From NCBI GenBank assembly GCA_963813715.1, contig CAWFAK010000006.1, positions 50,082 through 114,081 on the forward strand: 64,000 nucleotides of DNA, given 5' to 3'. The DNA comes from an uncultured Planctomycetaceae bacterium (lineage in GTDB: Bacteria; Planctomycetota; Planctomycetia; Planctomycetales; Planctomycetaceae). Positions within the stretch are counted from its first letter, which is position 1, and each line of letters starts with the position of its first letter. The position numbers and the translations under genes are program-made. A model generated the notes under the pieces. It did not search any database. It saw nothing but the letters and a program-made list of their open reading frames with translations, and had not been told where the DNA came from. This document shows positions 9,608-20,135 of the stretch, in pieces.

Positions 9608-11531
9608 ATGAAAGCTCAACTGTTTGTCATCACGTTGTGCGTTGTGCTGTTGGCGCCGCAAGCCGGGTTTTCCATCGGCGAACGGGGTGGACGCGGCGGC
9701 TTCGCCGGGGGCAGCCGCGGCCGAGCCGGCGGCGGAGGTGGGGGCGGGGGCGGGGGCGGGGGCGGCGAACGCCGTGAATTTGGCGGCGGCGAAGCCATGC
9801 ATCGCACTCCGTCAATGAGCGGCGGTTCCGGACCGATGAATCGCCCGGCAAACCGCGGCGGCGGAATGGTGCCCCACGGCGGCAACGGCGGGGGCTTCGC
9901 CAATCGCGAACGGCAGCCCGAGGGGAACCACTTTGCCGGTCGTCCCGATTTCGATCGTGGTGGATCCAACGGCGGATTCAATCGCGGCGGCGAAGGAGCG
10001 CGGCCCGGCAATCAACGCCCCGGCTTTGAGAATCGACCAGGCTCCAACAATCGCCCGGGTGGCGAGAATCGACCAGGTTTCGGCACTCGTCCCGGCGCGG
10101 GAGGCGGCGGCGAACAATGGGCGGGCATCGGCAATCGTCCGAATCAGCCCAGCCGACCCGGAGAAGGCGGCGCCGGTGAACGCTGGCCGGGAGCGGGCAA
10201 TCGACCGGAACGACCCGGTCAGGGTGGCAGCGGGGAACGGTGGCCCGGCGCGGGCAATCGTCCCGACGAGCCGAGCCGTCCCGGACAGGGAGGCAGCGGC
10301 GAACGCTGGCCGAATGCCAACAATCGGCCCAACTGGCCGGGTGGAAATGATCGGCCCAATTGGCCGAATGGTGGCAACAACCGACCCAACTGGCCGAACG
10401 GCGGCGGCAACGACCGACCTGACTGGGCGGGTGGCGGCAATCGACCGAACTGGCCGAACCGTCCGGGCCAATTGCCACGGCCGGAGAACGGACCGAACAT
10501 CGGCGATCGCACGAATATTGGCAATCGCACCAATATCAACACGGGCAACCAGGGCGACATCAACGTCCACAACAACAGCAATTAACAACACCAACAACTT
10601 CGCGAACAACCGCAACTGGAACGGCGGCGGCAACTGGAACAACTGGCACGGACCGTACGACCATTGGCACGGGCAATACGGCAATTGGAACGGCGGCTCG
10701 TGGAACAACTTCTATCACGCGCCGGCGGCGTGGTACGGCACGGGCGTGGCGACCGGCTGGCTCGCGTCGCCCGGAGACACCTACGTCTACAGCAACCCCT
10801 TCTACGTGGCGCCGCAGCCGCTCGCAGTGGGCGCCGCGCCGGTCGACGTCAATTACAACTACATCGACTACTCGCAGCCGATTCCCGTGCCGCCGCAGGA
10901 CGAGGCGGTGACCTACTCCGACAACGGTTCGGGTTACGCCTACGGACCCCAAACGCAGTCGGACGGCTATCCACCGAGTGACGCAGGTACGCCCGCGGCG
11001 CCGCCGGATGCTCCGGCCGCCGCGGACAACGGCCCGTCTTCGCCGGCCGCACAGGTCTTCGAGGCGGCGCGCAACGCGTTCAAGTCGAACGATTACGACC
11101 AGGCGCTGCGGCAGATCGATCAGGCGATCAAGCTGCAATCGAGCGACCCGACGTTGCACGAGTTCCGCACACTCGTGCTATTTGCCCAGGGAAAATACCG
11201 CGACGCGGCCGCCGGCGCTTACGCCGTTCTTTCGGCCGGGCCCGGTTGGACCTGGGAGACGGTGCGCGAACTGTACGCCGATCCCGAGACCTACACGCGT
11301 CAGCTGCGGCAATTGGAGCAGTACGTCCGCGCACACGAGAGTGCCAGCGACGGACTGTTTCTCTTGGCGTACGAGTATCTGGTGTTGAACCACGTCCCCA
11401 GCGCGATCAAAGAGCTGCAGAAGTTCGAGAAGCTCGTGCCGCAGGACAAACTCGCGCCGCAATTGATTGCGGCCTTTACTCCCCCGGCTGGAGCGCAGGC
11501 GGCAAACGAGCCTCCGCCGGGGTCGAAATAG
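9608..11531 (+). CDS. Secreted Gly/Arg/Asn/Trp-rich low-complexity protein with a C-terminal TPR domain ('protocadherin-like' planctomycete protein; frameshift near 10580)
   Basis: Signal MKAQLFVITLC..., RGG tract and NRPNW repeats. The second frame has YVYSNPFY, DYSQPI and TPR-like helices (ARNAFKSNDYDQAL...LHEFRTLVLFAQGKY). Confidence 0.75.
10040..10465 (+). repeat. Intragenic coding tandem repeats (RPGxGGxGERWPG x3-4; NRPNWPNGG-like x6)
   Basis: Visible in the translation of ORF 9476-10585, with synonymous divergence between DNA copies. Confidence 0.85.
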
Positions 11532-11578
11532 CGTGTTGATTCCGATTCGAACACAACTTGGGCCCTGAGGAGCCTGTC

Positions 11579-11953
11579 ATGGGTTTATTCACGACTCTTG
11601 CCGAAATGGTGGTCTCCGGTTTCGGCAATCCAGACTCGACGCAAGCCAAGCTGGCGAGCGCCGTCGTCAAACGATTTCAGACCAACGACGGAGGCGGCCT
11701 GGCCGAGGTGTTGCAGCAATTGGAGCAAAAGGGACTGGGCCAGGTGGCTCAGTCGTGGGTCGGCTCGGGGGCCAACCAGTCGATCACGCCCGAGCAGCTC
11801 AAGCAGGTGATGGGCTCGGAATGGATTCAGAAGCTGGCCGCTCAAGTCGGCGTCTCGCCCGACGAGATCAGCGAGCACCTGTCGGAAATTCTGCCCAAGA
11901 TCGTCGATCGCCTGACGCCGAACGGCCAGGTGCCGGCGGCCGCCCAATCCTGA
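11579..11953 (+). CDS. YidB/DUF937 family protein
   Basis: GGLAEVLQQLEQKGLGQVAQSWVGSGANQSIT...LPKIVDRLTPNG signature. Confidence 0.9.
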   Translation: MGLFTTLAEMVVSGFGNPDSTQAKLASAVVKRFQTNDGGGLAEVLQQLEQKGLGQVAQSWVGSGANQSITPEQLKQVMGSEWIQKLAAQVGVSPDEISEHLSEILPKIVDRLTPNGQVPAAAQS

Positions 11954-11961
11954 AACCCGTG

Positions 11962-11996
11962 CCGCGTCGCTCCCCGGGACGACGCGGTTTCCTCTT
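11962..11996 (+). terminator. Possible intrinsic terminator or stem-loop after the YidB-like gene
   Basis: CCGCGTCG-loop-CGACGCGG followed by TTTCCTCTT. Confidence 0.4.
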
Positions 11997-12063
11997 ACCG
12001 GAGTTTCTTCAACTCGTTCAGCTTCCTTCACCCCGTGCAGTTTCTTCTGGAGAACGATCACTC

Positions 12064-12869
12064 ATGTCACGCCTGCCCCTCTCTTTCACACTTTGCAGTC
12101 TGATTGTCGGGACTGCGCTGCTCGCAGCTCCCAATGTCCAAGCCAAGGATTCCGAGATCAAGGACGGGATCCCGGGAATCGTCGTCAAGGTCGACGCCGC
12201 TCAAGGCACCGTCACCATCGCGGAGAAGGAAGGCCGCGAGCGGACCTACACCGTCAACCAGGAAACGCAGATCATCGGACCGCGCGGCGGCATCGTCCAT
12301 TCGCGGCTGCATGATCACCGCTTCCACGCGGGTCTGCCGATCACCGTCGTCGCCAACGGCACGACGGCGGCCGAGCTGCACTTGGGTTACGACCGCAAAG
12401 CCCGCGCGGGCCGCTCGACGTCTTCGCGCGCAGCACAACGACCGCCCCAGCTGAAACACCGGCGACGACCGATTCGGGCGCGGCGACGCCGCCGGCCAAT
12501 CCGGCCCCGACTCCGGCCCCCTCCACCACCCGCACGACCCGCTTCCGCGGAGTCGAGGCCCGTCGCGCAGCGGCTAAAGACGCCAAGGAGGAAGAGGAAG
12601 ACGAAGACAACGAATTCCCGGGCAAGGTGAAGAGTGTCGATCCGACCCGCCACATGCTGGTCATTACGCTGGTCAACGGTAAGGACCGCTCGTTCCTCGT
12701 CTCGTCGGAAGCCAAGGTGCTGGTGAACAGCCGCGCGAGCCGGCACGGCCTTGGCGATCCGGCGCTGCAGCCGGGCGCCTCGCTCACCGTCGTTACCGAA
12801 GAAGGTGGACGGAAGGTCAAAGAAGTGAAGCTGACGCCGGCCGCCCGTCGCCTGCGGAAAGCCAGCTGA
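12064..12869 (+). CDS. Secreted hypothetical protein with two small beta-rich (OB-like) domains (frameshift near 12430)
   Basis: Signal MSRLPLSFTLC...; domain 1 GIVVKVDAAQGTVTI...; Pro/Ala linker; domain 2 GKVKSVDPTRHMLVITL...LQPGASLTV. Confidence 0.65.
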
Positions 12870-13001
12870 ACCGCGGCTCCCGCCGCCAGCCGAAATCGAC
12901 CGGGGCCGCGCGATCGTCGCGCGGTCCCGGGCCGTCGATCTTTGGAACCATTTACACAGTCGACCCGACCGAGATTCCTGCAACTTTGAGAGGCCCGCAC
13001 G

Positions 13002-13307
13002 ATGTTACGCCGATACGCCACGACGCTCTTCGCATTTCTGATCATCGCCGGCACGGTGCTGGCCGCGGACAAGACGTTCAACGCCACCTTGATCAAGGTG
13101 GACGTCAAAAAGAAGCTGCTGATCGTCAAGGTGGAGGATGAAAAGAAGGAATACGTCATCGACTCGAAGACGAAGTTCCTCGGGCCCAAGGGTGGCCTCA
13201 GCGACGACGGCATCAAGGACGACCGCCTCAAGCCGGGTGCCGCGCTCGAACTCGTGATCGCGGGCAACAACCGGACGGTCCGCGAGGTTCATTTGCCGAA
13301 GCGATAA
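13002..13307 (+). CDS. Small secreted hypothetical protein, paralogous beta-rich domain
   Basis: Signal peptide, then ATLIKVDVKKKLLIV...TKFLGPKGG...DDRLKPGAALEL. Confidence 0.7.
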   Translation: MLRRYATTLFAFLIIAGTVLAADKTFNATLIKVDVKKKLLIVKVEDEKKEYVIDSKTKFLGPKGGLSDDGIKDDRLKPGAALELVIAGNNRTVREVHLPKR

Positions 13308-13343
13308 GTCGGCTGGGTCACGCGCTGGGCGGAAGACGCGGGT

Positions 13344-13734
13344 TTAGTTCGCGATCGACGGCGACACGAACGCCCGCCCCGCCAGCGCGGCCCGCAAGGC
13401 CGGCGCGAGATCCGAGGCCAGACGCGACTTCACCACGTAGCCCAGCCCGCCGGCCGCCTGCGCCTCGCGCACATAGTCCTCGTCGGCGTGCACGGTGAGA
13501 AAGACGATTTTGGCCCGCGCCGGACGCCGTCAGTTGCCGCGCCGCCTCGATGCCGTTGACCACGGGCATCGTGATGTCGAGCACGAGCAGGTCCGGATCG
13601 TGACGCGGAACGTTCTCGACCAGCGACTGTCCGTCGCCCACTGTGTCGACAACATCGAACTCCGGCTCAAGCAGTCGCGCCGTCGCGGCCAGAAAGTCCC
13701 GGTGATCGTCGGCCAGCAGCACGCGAGCGCGCAC
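13344..13734 (-). CDS. Stand-alone response regulator receiver protein (frameshift near 13520)
   Basis: VLLADDH and LDITMPVVNG; continues in another frame as KIVFLTVHADEDY...GYVVKSRLASDL to TAA at 13344. Confidence 0.85.
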
Positions 13735-13815
13735 CTGCCATCTCCATCGGAATTAGGAACGGGACCGGAACAATGCGTTGCTTCACAGAACGCTAACACT
13801 GCGTCGCGCGAGTCG

Positions 13816-13837
13816 CTACTGACAAAACTGACAGGAC
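13816..13837. promoter_or_regulatory. Candidate NarL/LuxR-type binding site
   Basis: Reverse complement GTCCTGTCAGTTTTGTCAGTAG matches 17202-17223 at 17/22 positions and lies upstream of the receiver-only gene. Confidence 0.4.
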
Positions 13838-13876
13838 GGCCGGTTAAATGTCGGCAATGTGTCATTGGTCGGTTGG

Positions 13877-14515
13877 TCAGACCGAGACCAGTCCTTGCTT
13901 CATCGCAAACTGCACCAGCTGCGCGCTCGTCTTGATCCCCAGCGTCCGCATCATGGTGTATTTGTGGAAAGCGACTGTCCGCGCCGTGATGTGCAAGAGG
14001 CCGGCGATTTCTTTCATCGTGTGCCCCTCGGCTAACAACTGCAGCACTTCTCGCTGCCGGGCACTCAGTTCGCATTGGCTCTTGGCCGGCTCGCTCTTCT
14101 GCAAGAAGCTGTCGACGAGTGACTGCGTCGCCAACGGCGTGACGTAAGAACGCCCCGCCGAGACTTCGCGGATCGCCTGCATCAACTCGGAGGCGGCCGA
14201 ATTTTTGAGCAAATAGCCCGACGCTCCGACGCGAAAGGCCTCGGCAGCGAGGTCCCGATCTTCGCTCACCGTCAGGAAGATGATTTTGACGTCGGGCATC
14301 GTCTGCTTGAGCTGGCGAGCCGCGTCCATCCCGTTGAGCAGGGGCATGGCAATATCGAGCACCACAATGTCGGGCCGCAGTTCGCGGGAGAGTTCCAGCA
14401 CGGCACGGCCGTCGGCCACCGCCCCCACCACGTCGCACTCGGACTGCAAGAGCGCGGCAAAGGCCTCGCGCAACAGCCGGTGATCGTCGGCCAACAGCAC
14501 TCGGGGACGGGTCAT
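13877..14515 (-). CDS. NarL/FixJ (LuxR-HTH) response regulator
   Basis: REC domain (ADDH, LDIAMP, YLLK) plus LSARQREVLQLLAEGHTMKEIA...TVAFHK HTH. Confidence 0.93.
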   Translation of the reverse strand: MTRPRVLLADDHRLLREAFAALLQSECDVVGAVADGRAVLELSRELRPDIVVLDIAMPLLNGMDAARQLKQTMPDVKIIFLTVSEDRDLAAEAFRVGASGYLLKNSAASELMQAIREVSAGRSYVTPLATQSLVDSFLQKSEPAKSQCELSARQREVLQLLAEGHTMKEIAGLLHITARTVAFHKYTMMRTLGIKTSAQLVQFAMKQGLVSV

Positions 14516-14584
14516 CGATCGGTTTCCAGACGCCGGATTCATCTTGTTGATGATACCGGAGGTGTGACGGCGTGTAACGCGTTT

Positions 14585-16833
14585 TCAGGGGTGACCGTTC
14601 CGTGGGAAACGTCCGGCCGCTTCCCCTCGTCCGACTTTGGCCTGAAGGCCACCGCTGTACAAAGGAATCCGGGCGTCGATCCGCGTTCCGCCGGCGGGGC
14701 GCGAGTCGATCGACAGCGAGCCGCCGACGAGCTGCAGCCGCTCCCGCATGCTGACCAGCCCAAGTCCGCCGGCGCCGGCCACCGATCGCGGATCGAAACC
14801 GGTCCCGTCATCGGCGATTCGGAGGCAAATCTCCTCGATGCTCGCATTCAGTTCCACGCGGGCCTGCCGGGCGCCGCTGTGCTTGATCACGTTGCGGGCC
14901 GACTCCTGCACGATGCGATACAGGCACGAGGCCGCGTCGTCCGATAGTGCCGGAGGGGCCTCGTTGTGCGTGAAATCGATCGACACGCCATGGCTGCGGC
15001 TCAGTTCCCCGCACAGGGAGCGGATGGCGGCCACCAACCCCAACTGCTCGAGTTTCAGCGGATGCAGCTGGTGTGACAGGTTGTGCACCGACGACGAGAG
15101 CTGCTTCACCTGCGTCGACAGCTCGTCGATCGACGCCCCAAACGGGCCGGCGCCGTCGGGGGCTGCTGTCGCAGCATCTCGATCTTGACGGCCAACAGTG
15201 CCAGGCTCTGGCTCAGATCGTCGTGCAGCTCGCGGGCGATGCGGCGGCGTTCGGTTTCCTGGGCCTTGATCAGCCGTCCGCTCAACAGCCGCAACTCGCG
15301 CTGGCTATCGCGGATGGCCTCTTCGACTCGTTTCTGATCGGTGATGTCGATGCAGGAGCCGATATAGCCCTCGAACGTTCCCGTCGGAGCCGCGGCGGGC
15401 GACGCCGATATCGACGATCCAGCGATACTCGCCGTCATGCCGCCGCAGACGGTACGCCATCCGGAACGGTTCCCGTGCATCGAAGGCCTGCTCGTAGGTC
15501 TGGAGGCAACGCGACAGATCGTCGGCGTGCACACCCTCGGCCCAGCCATCCCCGAGTTCCTGCTCCAGCGAACGGCCGGTGAAATCAAGCCAGGGCTTGT
15601 TGAAGTAGGTGCACTTCTTGTCCGGGCCGGACATCCAAATCTGCACGGGGGCCGTGTCGGCCATCAGCCGGAAACGCTGCTCGCTTTCGCGAAGCGCGAG
15701 ATTCGCCCGCCGCCGGCGAATCATTTGCACGAGCAGTGAAGCGATCAGCAGCGCCTCGACGGAGCAGAGCGAAACAATTCCGACGATGGGCCACTTGTAC
15801 AGCTCCCACACGCCGGCTTCCCGATAACGAATGACGCTGCCGGCGGGCAGGCTCGCCTCGCGAATCCCCCAGCGGTTCAACTGTCGCCAATCGAACATGG
15901 GGACGGTCGACGTGACTGGCTGGACGCCGATCTTTTGCGCCGATTCGCCGGCCAGAATCCGCAGACCCAAACCGGCCGCCTCCCGCGCTTCGCTGTCCAG
16001 CCCGACGAGTTTGCCTCCGACGATTCCACGACCGAGAAACGACTCACTCACGCTGTAGAGTGGCGCGCTCGACACCGGTGCCAACCGCTCGATCACATCC
16101 GCGGGCACAAGCTCCTTCCCCAAACGATCCTGAAAGGCGAAGAGAAAGTAGACCAGGCTGTGTTGCGGCAAATGGGCGACCCGCTTCGACAGCTCGTCAG
16201 TGGTCAGCCCGGTCAGATACGTAAACTCGGCTTTATTCTCGTAGGGTGGAAACGCCCGCTTCGCCTGGGCTTCCCAGTACGCATCGAACTTCCCGACTCC
16301 CGAGACAACGAAGATGTGCCGGGTGCGCGGATGAAGCTGGAGCGCCAAGTCCAGGGTGCCCGTCAGGTCCAGGTTCACCGGCGCGCCGATGACATCGGGG
16401 GGCAGCTTGATGTCGTGAAGTTCCCGCTCCTCGACGGCTAAAAAGACAATGGGAACGCCCGGAAAGATCTCGGAGCGATGTTCGATGGCAAACCGCAGCG
16501 ATGGCGAGAGACAGGTCATCACGAGGGCGACCTTCCGCCCCGCATACTTCCGCCGCAGAAACTCGGTCTGCAGTTGCAACAGATCGGCCTTGGCGGTGCT
16601 CGACAGCTCCAGGTATTCGTTGTAGACGTCGATCGAATCGGGAGAGTGGCTGTTAAAGACGGCCGAAATGGCCTGCTCGACCATGCGGTTGCCGACGGCC
16701 GCGTTGCTCCCCTGCGGATACAGCACCACCACGAGCCGACGACTTTCGCCGCCCGCGGCAGCCGGAGTCGCGGCGCTCGCGACGAGCAGCAGCGCGCCAG
16801 ACCGAGCCAAAGTCTCGAAGACAAGCACATCAT
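14585..16833 (-). CDS. Sensor histidine kinase: periplasmic substrate-binding-like domain, TM, PAS, HisKA_3, HATPase (several frameshifts)
   Basis: Frames 15305-16828, 15106-15588 and 14585-15109 join: PAS (YFNKPWLDFTGR), ERRRIARELHDDLSQ (H box), YRIVQESARNVIKHS, DDGTGF, GLGLVSMRER. Confidence 0.9.
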
Positions 16834-17178
16834 GGATGCGTGTTGGGAAGAATCCACATGAACAGGCGTTGATGCGAAAAAGGCAACCTCACGAGGCGCG
16901 TTTGGGCATCTTGAATCGCTCCGCGCGGCCGGTTATGCTGGCCCACGCACGAGCGGCTTGCTCCTTCTTCCGTTCGCCCAGAGCTTCTCTCGCCGCATCG
17001 CGCGGGCACGTCCGGCGAACGACTCCCGGACGACAACCTCGGATGGAATTCTCCTTCTTCGTCCGCCGGAATCTCTCTGCCATCGAGTAGACGACGGCCG
17101 TTTTTGTGCTGCCGCGGGCGTCCCTCTTCTTTTCGTGCTGAACCGTCGGTGAGCAGCTTCCGACGGGTCACTCTCAGT

Positions 17179-17253
17179 CTACTGTCGGTTTTCCCTGGGG
17201 TGTACTGGTACTTTTCTCAGTAGTCCTAGGGCGCCGCAAAAAGTACCGATAGG
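17179..17253. promoter_or_regulatory. Cluster of related CTG-N10-CAG / GGTACTTTT boxes in a divergent intergenic region
   Basis: CTACTGTCGGTTTTCCCTGGGG (17179), GTACTGGTACTTTTCTCAGTAG (17202) and an inverted AAAAGTACC (about 17239). Confidence 0.4.
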
Positions 17254-17411
17254 CCGGGTGAATTGTCGCGCCACCGAGCCGACCTTCCCGGGCCCTCGTT
17301 GCGTCGGAAACGGAATACGCGCGGAGCGAGCCCGATCGCGGTTTCCGAGTCGTAGAACACGCTCTCGGTGCGAGTCGCTTTTCGATGCTCGTCTTTCAAG
17401 GAGCCGATTCG

Positions 17412-17786
17412 ATGAACGTATTAGAAACCGTAGCGGTCGGGCGGGTGCTGGAGGTTCACGTCACCGGCAAGCTGACCAAAGAGGCGTACCAGCAGTTTGT
17501 GCCGGCTGTCGACGCGCAGATCCGCGAGCAGGGCAAGCTGCGAATCTTGTTCGTGATGAAAGACTTTCACGGCTGGACCGCGGGTGCCGTGTGGGAAGAC
17601 CTCAAATTCGATCTCAAGCATTGGAAGGACATCGAGCGGCTGGCCATCGTTGGCGACAAGAAGTGGGAACAGGGGATGGTCACCTTCTGCAAGCCGTTCA
17701 CCAAAGCCGAAATCCGCTACTTCGACATGGCCCAACTGGAAGACGCCCGGCAATGGCTGGGCGAGACGGCAGCCGCCAAAACCTGA
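17412..17786 (+). CDS. SpoIIAA-like (STAS/SEC14, DUF3478-type) protein
   Basis: GKLTKEAY...FHGWTAGAVWEDLKFDLKH...RLAIVGDKKW...EIRYF. SD AAGGAG. Confidence 0.88.
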   Translation: MNVLETVAVGRVLEVHVTGKLTKEAYQQFVPAVDAQIREQGKLRILFVMKDFHGWTAGAVWEDLKFDLKHWKDIERLAIVGDKKWEQGMVTFCKPFTKAEIRYFDMAQLEDARQWLGETAAAKT

Positions 17787-17841
17787 GGCGCGCAGCCGCA
17801 CGGCCACATGACACGGCCACGACGGCAGACGAGTTCCCACG

Positions 17842-19035
17842 ATGAGTCTTCACGCTGAGACGCAAAAGTTCAAAGAGCCTCAACGTCCCGACCGGTTGCG
17901 GGGCATGCGGCGCTGGGCGTCGTTGGCAGGTTTGGGGCTCGCTGCGTTCGGCGTCTCGTATCTGGTCTTTGCCGGCACGAGCTTTTTCGGCAGCCCGGCA
18001 CCCAATCGGCCGACGCCGGCCGCCCGTTCGGGCATGGTCTGGATTCCCGGCGCCGAGTTCACGATGGGCACCGATTTGGATCTCGGCTGGGCGGAGGAAA
18101 AGCCGTCGCATCGTGTGCGGGTCGACGGCTTCTGGATGGACGAGACCGACGTCACCAACGCGCAGTTCCGCCGCTTTATCGAAGAGACCGGTTACGTCAC
18201 CACCGCTGAGCGGCCGCCGAATGTGGACGAGATTCTCGCGCAGCTGCCCCCGGGCACACCACGGCCGCCCAAGGAAAACCTTGTCCCCGGATCGCTCGTC
18301 TTCACGCCCACCAAAGGGCCCGTGTCGCTCAAAGATTTCTCGCTGTGGTGGAAGTGGACGCCCGGTGCCAACTGGCGGCACCCGGAAGGCCCGGGCAGCG
18401 ATCTGGCGGGCCGCGACGATCATCCGGTCGTGCAGGTTTCCTGGGATGACGCCGTCGCGTACGCGAAGTGGGTCGGCAAGCGGCTGCCGACGGAGGCCGA
18501 GTGGGAATTCGCCGCTCGCGGCGGCCTGGACAACAAGCCCTACGTGTGGGGCGACGATCCGCCGACCGACACCAGCATTCGCGCGAACATCTGGCAGGGG
18601 GAGTTCCCGTACCAGAACACGAGCCTCGATGGCTACGTGCGGACGAGCCCCGTGCGGGCCTTCCCCGCCAATGGGTACGGCCTTTACGACATGTCGGGCA
18701 ATGTCTGGCAGTGGTGCAGCGACTGGTACCAGATCGATCTGTATCGCGAGCGGGTCGGCAAAGGGGTGGTCGTCAATCCGCACGGCCCCGAGAAGAGCTT
18801 CGACCCGCGGCAGCCCTACAGCCCGCTGCGCGTGCAGAAAGGCGGCTCCTTCCTCTGCTGCGATTCCTACTGCACTCGTTACCGTCCGAGCGCGCGGCAC
18901 GGGTGCACGCCCGACACCGGCATGTCGCACATGGGGTTTCGCTGCGTGCTGTCTGCGGAACCCGCCCCGGCGCGACGAAATAGCTTCAGCCATCAGAGGC
19001 AACCATGCGAGTTCAAACAAGAGGAACGATGCTGA
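17842..19035 (+). CDS. Formylglycine-generating enzyme (sulfatase-modifying factor)
   Basis: HPVVQVSWDDA, RLPTEAEWEFAARGG, GLYDMSGNVWQW and catalytic-type KGGSFLCCDSYCTRYRPSAR. Confidence 0.93.
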   Translation: MSLHAETQKFKEPQRPDRLRGMRRWASLAGLGLAAFGVSYLVFAGTSFFGSPAPNRPTPAARSGMVWIPGAEFTMGTDLDLGWAEEKPSHRVRVDGFWMDETDVTNAQFRRFIEETGYVTTAERPPNVDEILAQLPPGTPRPPKENLVPGSLVFTPTKGPVSLKDFSLWWKWTPGANWRHPEGPGSDLAGRDDHPVVQVSWDDAVAYAKWVGKRLPTEAEWEFAARGGLDNKPYVWGDDPPTDTSIRANIWQGEFPYQNTSLDGYVRTSPVRAFPANGYGLYDMSGNVWQWCSDWYQIDLYRERVGKGVVVNPHGPEKSFDPRQPYSPLRVQKGGSFLCCDSYCTRYRPSARHGCTPDTGMSHMGFRCVLSAEPAPARRNSFSHQRQPCEFKQEERC

Positions 19036-20105
19036 CCCGATGCGGCCGAATCTGGGCGGTCTGGGCCGCCTTTGCGCTGGCGACCCCTACGCTCGCCCCC
19101 CTTGCGCTCGCGACCGTTACGCTCACCAACCTTGTCACGCCCGCCTTCGCTCAGGCCGACAAAACGGATCCCCTTCCCTCCTGGAACGAGGGGCCACGCA
19201 AGAGCGCGATCGTCGCGTTTGTCCAGGAAACGACCGACAAGGGCAGCCCGAAGTTCGTCCCGCTCGAGCAACGAATCGCCACCTTCGACATGGACGGCAC
19301 GTTGTGGATCGAGCATCCGATGTACACCCAGGTCGTCTATTGCCTCGACCGGGTGAAAGCGATCGTCAAACATCGGCCGCACCTCAAAGACATCGAGCCG
19401 TTCAAGACCGTGCTGTCCAGCAATCACGAAGCGATCTTCAAGCTGGGCTGGCACGAACTCGACAAAATTGTCGAGGCAACACTTTCCGGCATGTCGGTCA
19501 AAGAGTTCGATGTCGAGGTCTCGCACTGGCTGGAGACGGCCCGGCATCCGCGCTTCAAGCGACCGTACACGGACCTGATTTATCAACCGATGCTCGAAGT
19601 GCTGCGTTACTTTCGCGCCAACGGATTCAAGACGTACATCGTGACCGGCAGCGGCCAGGACTTCGTGCGTGTCTTTGCCGAAAAGACCTACGGCATTCCA
19701 CCGGAACAGGTGATCGGCAGCGCGGGCGAGACCAAGTACGTGTATCGCAAGAACGGCGAGCCCGTGCTGATCAAAGAGCCGAAACTCGTCCTCAATGACA
19801 ACAACGCCGGGAAGCCGGAGAGCATTCACCTCGTGATTGGTCGCCGCCCGCACGCGGCGTTCGGCAACTCGTCCGGCGATCGTCAGATGCTGGAGTACAC
19901 GGGGGCGGGCGACGGCGCCCGCCTCATGATGCTCGTGCTGCACGACGACGCCGAGCGCGAGTACGCCTATGGACCGGCCGACGGCTTGCCGGAAAGCAAG
20001 GTCGGCACGTTTCCCCAATCGCTCTACGACGAAGCCAAACAGCGCGGCTGGTCGGTCATCCACATGAAGACCGATTGGAAGCGCGTGTTCTCATTCGAGA
20101 AATAG
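19029..20105 (+). CDS. Secreted HAD-superfamily hydrolase (acid phosphatase-like)
   Basis: Signal peptide, DPLPSWNEG, motif I FDMDGTLW, motif IV AFGNSSGD. Confidence 0.88.
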   Translation: MLTRCGRIWAVWAAFALATPTLAPLALATVTLTNLVTPAFAQADKTDPLPSWNEGPRKSAIVAFVQETTDKGSPKFVPLEQRIATFDMDGTLWIEHPMYTQVVYCLDRVKAIVKHRPHLKDIEPFKTVLSSNHEAIFKLGWHELDKIVEATLSGMSVKEFDVEVSHWLETARHPRFKRPYTDLIYQPMLEVLRYFRANGFKTYIVTGSGQDFVRVFAEKTYGIPPEQVIGSAGETKYVYRKNGEPVLIKEPKLVLNDNNAGKPESIHLVIGRRPHAAFGNSSGDRQMLEYTGAGDGARLMMLVLHDDAEREYAYGPADGLPESKVGTFPQSLYDEAKQRGWSVIHMKTDWKRVFSFEK

Positions 20106-20135
20106 TCGGGCGGATGTTCCGAACCGCCGTGACCC

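Noticed and set aside
10583..10585. TAA splitting the low-complexity gene into two genes
   Set aside because: The Asn-rich sequence continues seamlessly in the adjacent frame with no new start or SD, so a 1-nt indel is more likely.
16830..17171. Small ORFs upstream of the histidine kinase
   Set aside because: No motif, SD or consistent codon bias; treated as intergenic.
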